Below are positions 19,870-30,774 of a stretch of DNA of 32,000 bases, one piece after another. The notes below the pieces were generated by a model that was not told the DNA's origin, did not search any database, and saw nothing but the letters and a program-made list of their open reading frames with translations. The first letter of the stretch is position 1, and each line of letters begins with the position of its first letter. The translations under genes were made by a program, and so were the position numbers. The DNA is taken from positions 660,001 through 692,000 of the forward strand of contig NZ_CP046578.1 of assembly GCF_013365455.1 (NCBI RefSeq). Direction: 5' to 3'. Source of the stretch: Wolbachia endosymbiont of Dirofilaria (Dirofilaria) immitis. Its GTDB lineage: Bacteria; Pseudomonadota; Alphaproteobacteria; Rickettsiales; Anaplasmataceae.

Positions 19870-20817
19870 CTAGTTATCAGTCAACTCTTCCCACTTAGAA
19901 ACCATTCCAGTAACTTGCCTTAATGTTTCAATAGAAGACAAGTCTTCTATACTGAGTGGTAGGCGAACAGTTTTATGTTCTATAAGCCCAATATCATGCA
20001 AGAGTACTTTAGTAGGTATTGGGTTGCTAGCAGTACACAGTGCTTTACAGACTTGCTGCCAAATATTTGCTAAACTTTTTACTCCATTTTCTATCACTGG
20101 AGCAGTTATTTTCTTCTCAGATTCCAGTGACATGCCCTGAAATGACAGTAGGCATTGCTTAACATATCTATGCGCTATACACGGCCAAAGATTAGAGGCA
20201 ACAGAAACCAAACCAGCTGCACCATAAGTAGCCATATCAAGTATCATATTATCATCACCACAAAAAACCTCAATATTTGGTGCAACTTTTTTATATTCAA
20301 TTAAAGTATCAATAGTTCCACTTGAGTCTTTAATAGACCAAAATTTTTTGTGGCCAGATAAATTACGCACAGTTTCTACGTAAAGACTTACTCCTGCTCT
20401 TGATGGAATATTATAAAGCATAGCTGGTACATGTGCTTTTTCAAGTAGCTTTTCAAACCATAGAGTCTGACCTATTATTCCAGGCTTTGTATAAATCGGG
20501 GTAGTCATTAGATAGCCGTAAATAGGCATACCTTCACAAAAATCAAGCCATTCAAGGGTTTGATGTAAATTCACTCCTGGTACACCAACTATAACTTTCA
20601 TACTTAACTCCAGCTCACATACAAAGTTAACTAATGCACGTCTTTCACGATCAGTAAGTGATAAACTTTCACCTGTACTACCTAATAACACCACACCGTT
20701 TTCAGCTTCAGTTTGTATTGCAAGTAAACGCTGTAAACTGCTATAATCTATGCTATCTCCTCTATAATTAAAGGGAGTAACACAAGCAGTCCACAAAAAT
20801 GGAGATAATACTTTCAA
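19870..20817 (-). CDS. dapA: 4-hydroxy-tetrahydrodipicolinate synthase
   Basis: 315 aa; 'VVLLGSTGESLSL', 'VIVGVPG', catalytic Tyr/Lys motifs 'PAMLYNIPSRAG' and 'FWSIKDSSG'. Confidence 0.95.
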   Translation of the reverse strand: MKVLSPFLWTACVTPFNYRGDSIDYSSLQRLLAIQTEAENGVVLLGSTGESLSLTDRERRALVNFVCELELSMKVIVGVPGVNLHQTLEWLDFCEGMPIYGYLMTTPIYTKPGIIGQTLWFEKLLEKAHVPAMLYNIPSRAGVSLYVETVRNLSGHKKFWSIKDSSGTIDTLIEYKKVAPNIEVFCGDDNMILDMATYGAAGLVSVASNLWPCIAHRYVKQCLLSFQGMSLESEKKITAPVIENGVKSLANIWQQVCKALCTASNPIPTKVLLHDIGLIEHKTVRLPLSIEDLSSIETLRQVTGMVSKWEELTDN

Positions 20818-20826
20818 TTTAAGTTA

Positions 20827-21300
20827 TTAAAATGGTATTTCATCGTCCATCAGCTCTTCCTTTATTTCACTGTCAAAATTTCCATACTGATTTTTTTGCT
20901 CTGTTTCACGTTGCTTATATTCATTTGATTTATAATCAGAATTTGGCCGTGAATCTAAAAGTGTAAGAGTACTGTTAAAATTCTGCAGCATTACCTCTGT
21001 GGTATATCTTTCATTGCCATTTTGATCAGTATATTTTCTAGTCCTCAAAGAACCCTCAACATAAATTTTACTGCCTTTACGTACAAGATCCTTGATAATT
21101 TTTACCAATCCTTCACTAAACACCACAATATTATGCCACTCCGTCTTTTCAGAACGTATACCAGAAAATCTATCAGTCCAACTCTCAGATGTAGCTATTG
21201 AAAAACTTGCCATTTCTTTCCCATTCTGCATAGTTCTAATTTCAGGATCCCTTCCCAAATTACCAACTAATATAACTTTGTTTACTGTACCAGTGGACAT
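20827..21300 (-). CDS. ssb: Single-stranded DNA-binding protein
   Basis: 'MSTGTVNKVILVGNLGRDPEIRTMQNGKEMASFSIATSE', 'EGSLRTRKYTDQNGNERYTTEV', acidic C-terminal tip 'LMDDEIPF'. Confidence 0.97.
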   Translation of the reverse strand: MSTGTVNKVILVGNLGRDPEIRTMQNGKEMASFSIATSESWTDRFSGIRSEKTEWHNIVVFSEGLVKIIKDLVRKGSKIYVEGSLRTRKYTDQNGNERYTTEVMLQNFNSTLTLLDSRPNSDYKSNEYKQRETEQKNQYGNFDSEIKEELMDDEIPF

Positions 21301-21368
21301 AATTGCGTTCTAAATAAACTCTCTACATTATCTTATATCAAAATACTATTGTCAAACCTGATAAAAAT

Positions 21369-21441
21369 GCGCTTGGAGGGATTCGAACCCTCTATCTTTG
21401 CCTCCGGAGGGCAACGCTCTATCCAACTGAACTACAAGCGC
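21369..21441 (-). tRNA. tRNA-Arg (anticodon CCG)
   Basis: 73-nt cloverleaf: acceptor GCGCTTG/CAAGCGC (7 bp), anticodon stem TTGCC/GGCAA with loop CTCCGGA, T-arm GAGGG-TTCGAAT-CCCTC. Confidence 0.97.
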
Positions 21442-24165
21442 ACATATTAAATTACCTAGATAATAAGCTACCTAAGTTAATTTAGATTCAGATAGAATAT
21501 AAATATAATACTCTCATGTCTCTAATTCATACCTTATGAACTATTTGTCTGTTTTTTATCATCTTCTGATCCACAGTCCACACAAAAAATCACGTGTTTC
21601 AGTCACTAAATGAACTTTTAAGTCCTGAGTGCCCATAAACAGCTTTCTATTTACTTGCATTTTCCATGTACCAGAAAAAAATATAAAATTGAATTTTAAG
21701 CCACCACCTTACAATTGAAATCACCTAACACCATCTCTCTCGTAGCTCTTGAAGAACATAGGTAAAATTCTCCCATTCCACTAACTATCTTACCAACCAA
21801 CTTCTTATTAAAAAAGAATCTTTTTATATCACAAAATTTTGATAAAACATCAAAATTGTCCTTTACTGTCCCCTTATTATGTTTATGTCATTCCAATTTG
21901 AACAACTTATTTCTTGATTGTTCATAAAAAATATCCTCTTTATACACAAATCACTATATCAGCAAAATCATCAATTTCTTTATTGTAAATATTGTAAATT
22001 TTAAAAACACTCCTTAAATATTTTTTATTACTACCCTACGCCTAGAGTGATGAAAAGACATTTCATTATTATCTTGTTTTTCTAAATAAACAAACCTTTA
22101 CTATTCAATCTTAGTACTCCAAGCTAGATAAAGCCTTCTTTTCAAAATGAGAGGTTTAACCATAACATAACCAGGCAAAACTCGAAACAGATTGTAAAAA
22201 TAAAAAAATATGCTCATTACTAATTAAAATAGAACTTAGATAGGGAGTAACTTCACTTTTTATTACTTTTATTTCGTATATATTCACCTTTATTATGTAA
22301 TTCACCTTCTCAGGTATAGAAATTGATACTTAAAGTGCTAGTATCGTAGATACTTTACACAACTTACTAAGCTCAAAACCCAAATCTGCAACGTACACAT
22401 CACTGTATAAATTCAAAAAAGAAACTCCCCCTACAGACTTAGTTTTTATTAAAATAACTTCCTCTTTTTGAACCCAAGTTATTAGTTCATTCATAGATGG
22501 AAATTCTGACTTTTATTATAAACTCTATCATTATAAAACAACAACATAAATTAAAAACTTAATGACCCACCCTAATAAACTAAATTATATCCCTTTCCTT
22601 TAACCAGAAAATAGTTATTGCTTACAAAGCTCTCCTACTTAAACATCAATAGAGTATGTTCTGCTCTTTGGCAAAAGATAAACTAGAACTATCAACATTA
22701 CAAGCATGAAAATTATTGCTTAATTCTTTTGCAATTTCTTATTCTGATAAGAAACATCCCCACCAAATTAAAGGTTAAACTTCAAAGTTGTATTAACACA
22801 ATTCTTTACCTCATTACAATTGCATTTAATGAGTAAAGTTTAAATACCCGGTGCTTTTGATTTTTCCATATATCTAAGTTATATAAAAAGGAAATATTCT
22901 AGCTTAAACAAAGGTTATATTAATAAAATTATAAATTCAACCATTTTTCACATTACAGCTTTAGCTGAGATTTATTAATCAATTATTTAAAGCTTACTCT
23001 TTCGCTAATAAATCACTAGCAATATTAAAATTTAAATGTAAATTTAAACAAATAAATGACATTAATTATAATAAAAGTCAAAGTAAAGCATAGCATAGAA
23101 AAACTCGATGAGAGTTTAAATGAAGATAACTTAATAGATAAAACTTCTTACTTTCTTTCATATTGAAAAATAGCCGCTGTTCATTTTTAAAATTATGAAA
23201 TAGAATCATAGTATTATAGAAACTGTCTTTTCACTCACAACTAATTCTGACTTTAGTAATTTACCTCATTATATTATATAGAGTTAGCGCTAACACTGTT
23301 CTTTAAAAAATTTTACGATTGATAAACTAGCTTTAATATTTTATAGTACTAGTATACAAAGATCAATAAGGTCATTTTTCCTCAGTCAAACTTAGTTAAA
23401 GGTCAAACAATATTCCGTACTCCCGATATATTCTACCTGGAATAATTTCTAGTAGATTACTGTTGCGTCAACAAAGACAAAACACGCAAATGCCCACTTT
23501 AACTATCTTTTAGACTACCTCTGTCTTGTAGCCTCCAGTTTTAGTACAACAACTATGACTCTCCAACTATCATGATGGCTACGAGACAGAAAGTCTTCAT
23601 CACAATATTACTTATTTCTATAGAAAACACTAATACTCTATTAAACGATTTACTTCTACTAATGAAACAAGAAAAGATAATACCATTTCTGGTCAATTTT
23701 ATTTTTGCTCCTTATCAAAAAAAACTGAGCTATATTATAGCAAGTAAAATGCTCAATCTCTCGCTTCTATTAACAGATAGATTAATCCCATTTACTCTTG
23801 AAATGGACTGCAGCAATTAATTTTTCTGATCTACATGATATAAAAAAAGTACTTCTTTTTTTATCTAGTAACGCAAAACATGAACCCAAATCAGACACTG
23901 ATTTACTATTTTTATCCCTAACAAAATACCTTTTATTTAAAGCATCATTCCTAAAATGTAGTAACATTGGTACCTCCTTCCCCAATAGAAAGCATGATAC
24001 CTTTTAGATTTCAAATTTAAATATATTAACAGAACACATATACATCTATAACTAAAAAATAATCCATTGAAATTCACTAAACATTGTGTAAAATGTTGCC
24101 ATAAATTTCCTACAGCAATATTACTCATATCATAATTTTTTGATGAATTTATTCTATAATTTTAA

Positions 24166-24194
24166 TTGACATAAGACATTAACCTAGTTATTAC
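24166..24194 (+). promoter_or_regulatory. Candidate sigma-70 promoter: TTGACA - 17 nt - TATTAC
   Basis: Consensus -35, 4/6 -10, 17-nt spacer, about 30 nt upstream of the ORF at 24223 (which has a GTGAGG RBS-like sequence). Confidence 0.5.
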
Positions 24195-24222
24195 TAACAT
24201 AGTATTAACACGTGAGGTAAAA

Positions 24223-24867
24223 ATGGGCACTTTCAGAATTTCATCTTCGTTAAAACACTCAATTGCTTCTTTTCTACTATGTGCATCTATTCTCACAACC
24301 GTGATATTTATTTATCCTGTAATCTTAGCGATTTATAGCACCACTGTAGCACCAGCGCTTTATACAACAATTGCCTCTATTTCTGCAATAGTTGCACTAA
24401 GCTCAGCAATATACCTTTCTAAATCAACTCCTTACACAATAAATAATAAAAAGCAGAAGGTTATATATAATGCCATTGAAGAGAGATTAAATGATAATAA
24501 CGCTAGCACACAAACATTGGTAGTAACAACTATATCACCGTCTTTACCTACTCTAGATCTAAAAGAATCTACCGCAACTAATATACCAACTTCTCCCCTA
24601 CCTTCTACAGCTACACTACTTCAATCTTCTCAGTTAGCATCACCACTTACACTCTCACCTTCTCCCTTGCTAAGTCAAAGCGCAAATGCACCACCACCAC
24701 CTCCTCCTCTTCCCCCAAGCAAAAAACCTCTTAGTAGTACTGTACTGAAAAATTTTCCTATCACTAAACTTAAAAGCCACAACAAAAGTTTTCAGGAGGA
24801 ATTAAAAGAAAAACTACAGAAGATAAAGGAAAAAATAACTAAAGTAAGCAGGCACGAAATCTTATAA
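24223..24867 (+). CDS. Hypothetical membrane protein with two N-terminal TM segments, Ser/Thr/Pro-rich linker, polyproline tract and basic C-terminal helix
   Basis: 214 aa with promoter/RBS; 'SIASFLLCASILTTVIFIYPVILAIY' and 'LYTTIASISAIVALSSAIYL'; 'SANAPPPPPPLPPSKKPLSSTVLKNF'; 'FQEELKEKLQKIKEKITKVSRHEIL'. Confidence 0.8.
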   Translation: MGTFRISSSLKHSIASFLLCASILTTVIFIYPVILAIYSTTVAPALYTTIASISAIVALSSAIYLSKSTPYTINNKKQKVIYNAIEERLNDNNASTQTLVVTTISPSLPTLDLKESTATNIPTSPLPSTATLLQSSQLASPLTLSPSPLLSQSANAPPPPPPLPPSKKPLSSTVLKNFPITKLKSHNKSFQEELKEKLQKIKEKITKVSRHEIL

Positions 24868-25134
24868 AAAATTTAAAACTAAAAATGACAATTAGTGGTA
24901 GTCTTAATCTAGATAAAAATAGTATATTTAATCTTCACAATCAGAAAGTACAACACTGCCACAATAATTATTAACAAAATTTGCCCTCGCGAGAAAGTAG
25001 TAACGTGAACCCAGTGTGCAGTAAAGTGCAAAAACTCATTTTCTTTCAAAGTAGCAATCAAAAAACACCTGAGTATAGTAGACAAGAGATTGATTATACA
25101 AGGTAAAGAAAAGTACCGCACTTTTTTTAACCAC

Positions 25135-26877
25135 TTACTGAAGATCGCGCTCACCCTCCGTGGTGTTTGACGACAACGATGAAGCAACTAGTTTGCTTAA
25201 AACTTCATCCCTCAGTCCCATAGCATAAACAGCACCATCTGACATAAGAATAACTTTATCAACTACGGATAACAATAGCAGCTTGTGAGTTATAATTATA
25301 GTAGTGGTATTTTGCTCTTTTGCAATATTAATCGCTTTAATTAAACACGCTTCTCCATTACTATCTAAGTTAGCATTTGGCTCATCAAGCACTAAAAGCT
25401 TCGTATTACCATAAAAAGCCCTTGCAAGACCAAGTAGCTGTTTCTGCCCACCAGAGAGTGTCACTCCAAAGCTTCCTATCGTTGTATCATACCCGTTTGG
25501 TAAACTTAGTATTAATTCATGTACCCCTGTAATTTTTGCTGCTTTAATTATTTCCTCAGGATTTGGATTTGGTCTCATACGTGCAATATTAGCTTTAACA
25601 CTGGTGTTAAATAATTCAATATCTTGAGGTAAGTAACCAACATAGTTACCAAAATTCTCCCTGTTCCAAGTGTACACATCAGCACCATCCAGTCTCACTA
25701 CACCAGACACAGGTCTCCATACACCAACAGTTAGTTTTGCAATAGTTGATTTACCAGAGGCACTTGCACCAATAACACCAACTATATCCCCTGGTTCTAT
25801 TACAAAGGATATACCCTTTATTGTTGGTTTATTGCTACCATAAGGAGTAAAAAACACTCTATCAAATTCTAACTTTCCTTTAGGCTTTGGCAGAGCCAAA
25901 GTTTGTTCTCTTTTCGGAGATATTAATATAAGTCTTTGCAACCTACCATAAGATATTATGGCTTGATTTAAAAATTTCCAAGTATAGACTGCTGCATCAA
26001 ATGGAGCCAATACCCTACCCATTAAAATAGAAGCAGCAACAATGCTACCAGCAGTCTTATGAGCTGTAATTGCAAGTAGTGCACCTGTTCCGATCACTGA
26101 TATTTGCAGGGTCGAACGTAAGAACTTAGTAATTCCAGTAATTACATTAGACCGATTCTGTGCTCTAATCTGCATCATACGGGTTTGATTGTTCCGTTTA
26201 CACCAGTCAGAAACTATGAATTCTGACATACCCATAGCTTCAACTACTTCTGCATTTCTTGTTGCAACATCTATAGCATTGATATTCAATATAGTTTCCT
26301 CATTAATTTCTTTCAATATGCGCTTAGTAGCAAGCTCATTCCATATTGCCATGGATACCAATATAACAATTCCAATAACAGCTATAAACCCTGTAGAGGT
26401 ATGTATCATAAAAACCACACCAAGATAAATCAATGACCACGGAGTATCAAATAATGAAAATATACCATTTCCTACAATAAAATTCTTTATCACTCCAAGG
26501 TCTCGTATTGCCTCACCGCTGGAAGTTGAACTTTGCACTGACGTTAGCCTAATTGATCTTACTATTAAATCCGGCGTTACAGTTTTATCAATCCAGTCAC
26601 CAATCTTTGCCATTGCTAAGTACCGACAAGTTTCAAGCATTGCAGAACATGCAAATGCAGCTAGGGTAATAATTGTTAACATAACTAATGTTGATATGCT
26701 TCCGCTTGATATTACCCGGTCAAGCACTTGAGAGGTATAAAGTGGCAAGAATAACATCAACAAGTTGATTCCTGAACTAAACCAAAAAATAAACCAAAAT
26801 GCACTTTTGCACTTTTCTAAGCAAATATATAGCGTACTTTGCTTCAATTCCTTTTTTATTGATGGGGTAATTTCCAC
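25135..26877 (-). CDS. Type I secretion system permease/ATPase (PrtD/AprD-like ABC transporter)
   Basis: 580 aa: N-terminal TM domain 'LLMLFLPLYTSQVLDRVISSGSISTL', Walker A 'GASASGKST', signature 'LSGGQKQLLGLARAF', Walker B 'LLVLDEPNANLD'. Confidence 0.92.
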   Translation of the reverse strand: MEITPSIKKELKQSTLYICLEKCKSAFWFIFWFSSGINLLMLFLPLYTSQVLDRVISSGSISTLVMLTIITLAAFACSAMLETCRYLAMAKIGDWIDKTVTPDLIVRSIRLTSVQSSTSSGEAIRDLGVIKNFIVGNGIFSLFDTPWSLIYLGVVFMIHTSTGFIAVIGIVILVSMAIWNELATKRILKEINEETILNINAIDVATRNAEVVEAMGMSEFIVSDWCKRNNQTRMMQIRAQNRSNVITGITKFLRSTLQISVIGTGALLAITAHKTAGSIVAASILMGRVLAPFDAAVYTWKFLNQAIISYGRLQRLILISPKREQTLALPKPKGKLEFDRVFFTPYGSNKPTIKGISFVIEPGDIVGVIGASASGKSTIAKLTVGVWRPVSGVVRLDGADVYTWNRENFGNYVGYLPQDIELFNTSVKANIARMRPNPNPEEIIKAAKITGVHELILSLPNGYDTTIGSFGVTLSGGQKQLLGLARAFYGNTKLLVLDEPNANLDSNGEACLIKAINIAKEQNTTTIIITHKLLLLSVVDKVILMSDGAVYAMGLRDEVLSKLVASSLSSNTTEGERDLQ

Positions 26878-27053
26878 AACCCCCCTTTTAATTTGATTAT
26901 ATGTACCATATACAATTTTTATTGCAAAAATATTAACAGAAGCTAATTAACTTCAAGTTAATAAATAAAATATTGATATATAAATATAAAGTATAAACAA
27001 CTGTAATCAAAAAAGGTAGATTTTTTCACCACCTAATTTAGAGCTGAAAACTT

Positions 27054-28061
27054 TCAATAACTTTCTAATTCCCACTTTGGCTTCGGTGCAAAATTGAGTG
27101 GATCTACATAATTTCTCCTCAATCTTTCAATTCCTGTCCATCCGACCATTATTGCATTGTCTGTACACAAGTTACTTGGGGGGAAAAATACGTTTAAGTT
27201 TACGTATCTCTTTAATTTCCCTTTTAAAAAGTTATTTGCTGCAACTCCGCCAGTAATTATAAAATCATTGATTTTAATATTTAAAGATGTAGCCATAATA
27301 ATCGCATTTTTGACTCTATCGAGTAGTATATCGCTAATACACTCTTGAAACGAAGCACATACATCACATATATCTTGCTCGTTCAGCTTAAGCTCCCGAA
27401 CTAGCTTCTTTACTGCTGTTTTTATTCCAGAAAAAGAAAAATTACATCCAGAACGTTTCACCATTGCTCTTGGAAGCTTAAATCTTGTACCATCACCTTT
27501 CTTAGCCAATCTTTCTATCAACGGACCTCCTGGATAACTTAAGTCTAGCATCTTAGCAACTTTATCAAATGCTTCACCTAATGAATCGTCTAACGTTTCT
27601 CCAAGCTTAATGTATTTACCTACATCCTGCGCAATTAAAAATTGACAGTGACCACCTGACATTAACAAAACCAAAAATGGAAATTTAATTTCATAAAGTA
27701 ACCTAATAACCAATACATGTGCTTCTAAGTGATTAACGGCAATGAATGGCTTTTGTGTTACATGCGCAATCGCTTTTACCATCATTGTACCGACTATCAA
27801 TCCACCTATGAGTCCTGGCCCTGATGTCGCCGCAACCGCATCTAAATCATAAAAATTAAGGTTGGATTTGTTCATAGCACTTTTTATCAAACCACTCAAA
27901 TGTTCCATATGAGCACGTGATGCTATTTCAGGAACTACCCCGCCACGCTCCTTGTGCTCTGTTTGAGAAAGAATCTCGTGAGCAAGGACTTGCCTAGCAC
28001 TATTTACAATTACTACCGCAGTCTCATCGCAGCTTGTCTCAACAGCTAAAATGGTCTTCAT
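27054..28061 (-). CDS. tsaD: tRNA N6-adenosine threonylcarbamoyltransferase
   Basis: 335 aa; 'ILAVETSCDETAVVIV', 'GGVVPEIASRAHMEHL', 'VNHLEAHVL', 'LLMSGGHCQFL', 'FSFSGIKTAVKKLV', 'GGVAANNFLK'. Confidence 0.97.
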   Translation of the reverse strand: MKTILAVETSCDETAVVIVNSARQVLAHEILSQTEHKERGGVVPEIASRAHMEHLSGLIKSAMNKSNLNFYDLDAVAATSGPGLIGGLIVGTMMVKAIAHVTQKPFIAVNHLEAHVLVIRLLYEIKFPFLVLLMSGGHCQFLIAQDVGKYIKLGETLDDSLGEAFDKVAKMLDLSYPGGPLIERLAKKGDGTRFKLPRAMVKRSGCNFSFSGIKTAVKKLVRELKLNEQDICDVCASFQECISDILLDRVKNAIIMATSLNIKINDFIITGGVAANNFLKGKLKRYVNLNVFFPPSNLCTDNAIMVGWTGIERLRRNYVDPLNFAPKPKWELESY

Positions 28062-28573
28062 TTGTGTTCGGATACCGTATTACTGAACTATATTTTAAAA
28101 TGCCTCAAAAGTTAATTCATTCTGATAAGTCAATCAATATCTTTAACCATAGAACTAATTTTTTTATCTTCAAGAGGAAATTTACTAGCCCAACTGCTCA
28201 TACTTTAGCTACATTTTTAATGGTAATTTACCACCCACCTATTCATTTACTTCCTTATTTACATTCACTCTATCTATTACCTATAAATTTAGATAATTTC
28301 TTTTCCATTAGTCGGTAGCAAAAAACATTTTGTTTAAACTTCAAGCACGAATAAATACTCTTTGCTTTTAGAACAGATCCCCTATACTTAAGCCAATATA
28401 ACTCAGAATAACATATAAGCAATTCAGATTTACGTGATTTTGCAGTCTGATTAATTCATATACTATTACATATAACTTAACTGATATTATTCTACAAGAG
28501 AATATTTGCTTGTTTCAAGCTTCGCTCGATACTTGATAAATTTCATGAAAGTTTATTGTAACATAGCATATGG

Positions 28574-28603
28574 AATATATCCTTCTCAGAAGAAGGATAT
28601 ATT
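28574..28603. repeat. Perfect 13-bp hairpin AATATATCCTTCT-CAGA-AGAAGGATATATT
   Basis: Direct reading; no T-tract follows on either strand. Confidence 0.9.
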
Positions 28604-29488
28604 TATTCACACTGTAAACCAAATTATCTTATATAATCTCCCCTCCTCCATATCCACTAATCTTTTTCGATATGCTTTAAGCAAGAGTGTTCACTTTACT
28701 TCATTAATGATAACATGAGGCTTAATACGCTTCCAAGTTTCTTAAGTTAACAAAAATACTTAGTGTATCATATTACATCCTTACTATTTTCTATTCAAGT
28801 TGTCCATTTTATTACTGGATAGATACTTCTTCACACTTAGGAATCAATCTACTTAAAGTAGCCTCTAGGAGAGTTTATTATAGATATAGCTAAATACTAA
28901 ACACAACTATACAAATATAGATCTATAAGAAGGCTATCATCTAAATAGCTAACCAGTGTTAAGTTACTTTTAACCTTTACGACTAAACAACAGAAGTATT
29001 ATGTAACCTGGTGTTGCATGTTCAGTCTTTTGCACTGTGTACATCTACATCTTCACAAAATTTCTATTCTTACTTACACAAGTTAAAACATGCTTATAAA
29101 ATGCTCAAGACAGAATAGAATGCTAGTTTATAGGCAAACATTTTTCCTTATATGAATGATATTATTTCAGCATTACATGTCAGAATTCATATCTCTTTTT
29201 TTCTCTCTGGACCTTAGTACCCGCTACTTAGGTAACACAGGAAAAGAAGGCACTGAGTAATTCCATTATAAAGTGAATAAAGTCTTATCAGAGTTAGATG
29301 ACATTATTTATTTGCTATAAAAGCAAATCCCAAAGCTTAGGTTATTTACTAATGCTTTACAGATACTAATTTAATATAGCTCAGGAAGTGGGTTACCAAA
29401 AGCGCTTCTGTTTATTGAACCAACAGAAATAGAAAACTACCAAAAAAATAAAATTTGTTTATAACATTCACTGAAAGTTTCATATACC

Positions 29489-29512
29489 TTACTGTAAATG
29501 GGGTTACAGTAA
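29489..29512. repeat. Perfect 9-bp inverted repeat TTACTGTAA-ATGGGG-TTACAGTAA
   Basis: Direct reading. Confidence 0.9.
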
Positions 29513-29758
29513 AAAGGAATTCTCCCCAAATTTTACTAGTCAGTAAATAATCTTAGAAATTGCTATATATATTAAGAGATGTAAGCACATTTATGAAAAT
29601 GTCGCTCCAACATAGATAGTAATGAGAAGTACTCTTATAGCATTTTTGTAATTACATTAACTTACATTTTGACTGTCCTTCTATTCTACTAATATAGGTT
29701 CTAATACCTGCGGTTATTTGATCAACACAAGTAATTTCTTTATAATAAGACTATAGAA

Positions 29759-30763
29759 ATGGTAGCAATAAATCACAATTTTCAAGCTAATTTTTCTTCT
29801 ATTTACAAAGTTCGTAATGTAATTATAATTAATAAAATCCTTCTAAAAATGCTTATGCTTCCTACTATAGCAATTTTGATTGGTGGATCTTCTTGTGAAA
29901 GAGAAGTATCGTTAATGAGTGGAAAAGCAGTAAAAGAAGCTCTTAACAGCCTTTCATATAAGGCAATAGAAATAAACGTTGACAACAATATTACTGAAAA
30001 GTTAAAAAAAACTAACCCGTGCCTCGCTTTTATAGCTCTACATGGGCCTTACGGTGAAGACGGCTGCATTCAAGGCCTACTAGAAATCTTAGGTATAAAA
30101 TATACACACTCTGGAGTTATGGCTTCTGCTGTTGCTATGAATAAAGGAATGTCTAAACACATATTTCGTTACCTCGGCATTGATACCCCAAAATGGTACA
30201 TTATTAGTCAAGAAGATATACTAAAAAACAATATTAAAATTGATTATCCGTATGTTCTCAAACCAATCAACGAAGGCTCAAGCATAGGCGTACACATAAT
30301 TTCTTCATATAAGGATTACCTAAATCTAAAAAATAATAATTCTATTATCATGAAAAGGATGATTGTAGAAGAATATGTTCCAGGTATAGAATTACAAACC
30401 GCTGTGTTACTAGATGAAGCAATCGGTACTATGGAAATACAATCAAAAAATAAATTCTATGATTATGAAGCAAAATATACAAATGGGCTTTCAGAATACA
30501 TATTTCCTGCTAAAGTCCCAGATTATATATATAAAATGACTCTAGAACATGCATTAAAAATTCATCAATTTTTAGAATGTAGAACCATCTCCCGCTCAGA
30601 TTTTCGCTACAATCCTAAAAATAAAGCTTTAAAAATGCTCGAGATTAATACACATCCTGGCCTTACTGAGTTATCATTAGTGCCAAAAATCGCAAAACTG
30701 ACAAAAGGAATCAGTTTTAATAAGTTAGTTCAAATTATCGTTGAAGCAACACAAAAATGTTAG
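29759..30763 (+). CDS. ddl: D-alanine--D-alanine ligase (likely start ATG 29849 or 29855)
   Basis: 'IAILIGGSSCEREVSLMSG', 'ALHGPYGEDGCIQGLLEILGIKYTHSGVMASAVAMNK', 'YVLKPINEGSSIGVH', 'LEINTHPGLTELSLVPKIA'. Confidence 0.95.
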   Translation: MVAINHNFQANFSSIYKVRNVIIINKILLKMLMLPTIAILIGGSSCEREVSLMSGKAVKEALNSLSYKAIEINVDNNITEKLKKTNPCLAFIALHGPYGEDGCIQGLLEILGIKYTHSGVMASAVAMNKGMSKHIFRYLGIDTPKWYIISQEDILKNNIKIDYPYVLKPINEGSSIGVHIISSYKDYLNLKNNNSIIMKRMIVEEYVPGIELQTAVLLDEAIGTMEIQSKNKFYDYEAKYTNGLSEYIFPAKVPDYIYKMTLEHALKIHQFLECRTISRSDFRYNPKNKALKMLEINTHPGLTELSLVPKIAKLTKGISFNKLVQIIVEATQKC

Positions 30764-30774
30764 AGGTCAAGTAA

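Noticed and set aside
23572-24128. Cluster of overlapping short ORFs (82, 67, 69, 63 aa) on both strands
   Set aside because: Mutually overlapping, no motifs; the 67-aa ORF composition is slightly protein-like but insufficient.
24909-25187. 92-aa minus-strand ORF overlapping the 3' end of the T1SS ABC gene by about 50 nt
   Set aside because: No recognisable motif, no clear RBS; hydrophobic tail is expected from AT-rich noncoding DNA. Could be revisited if conserved.
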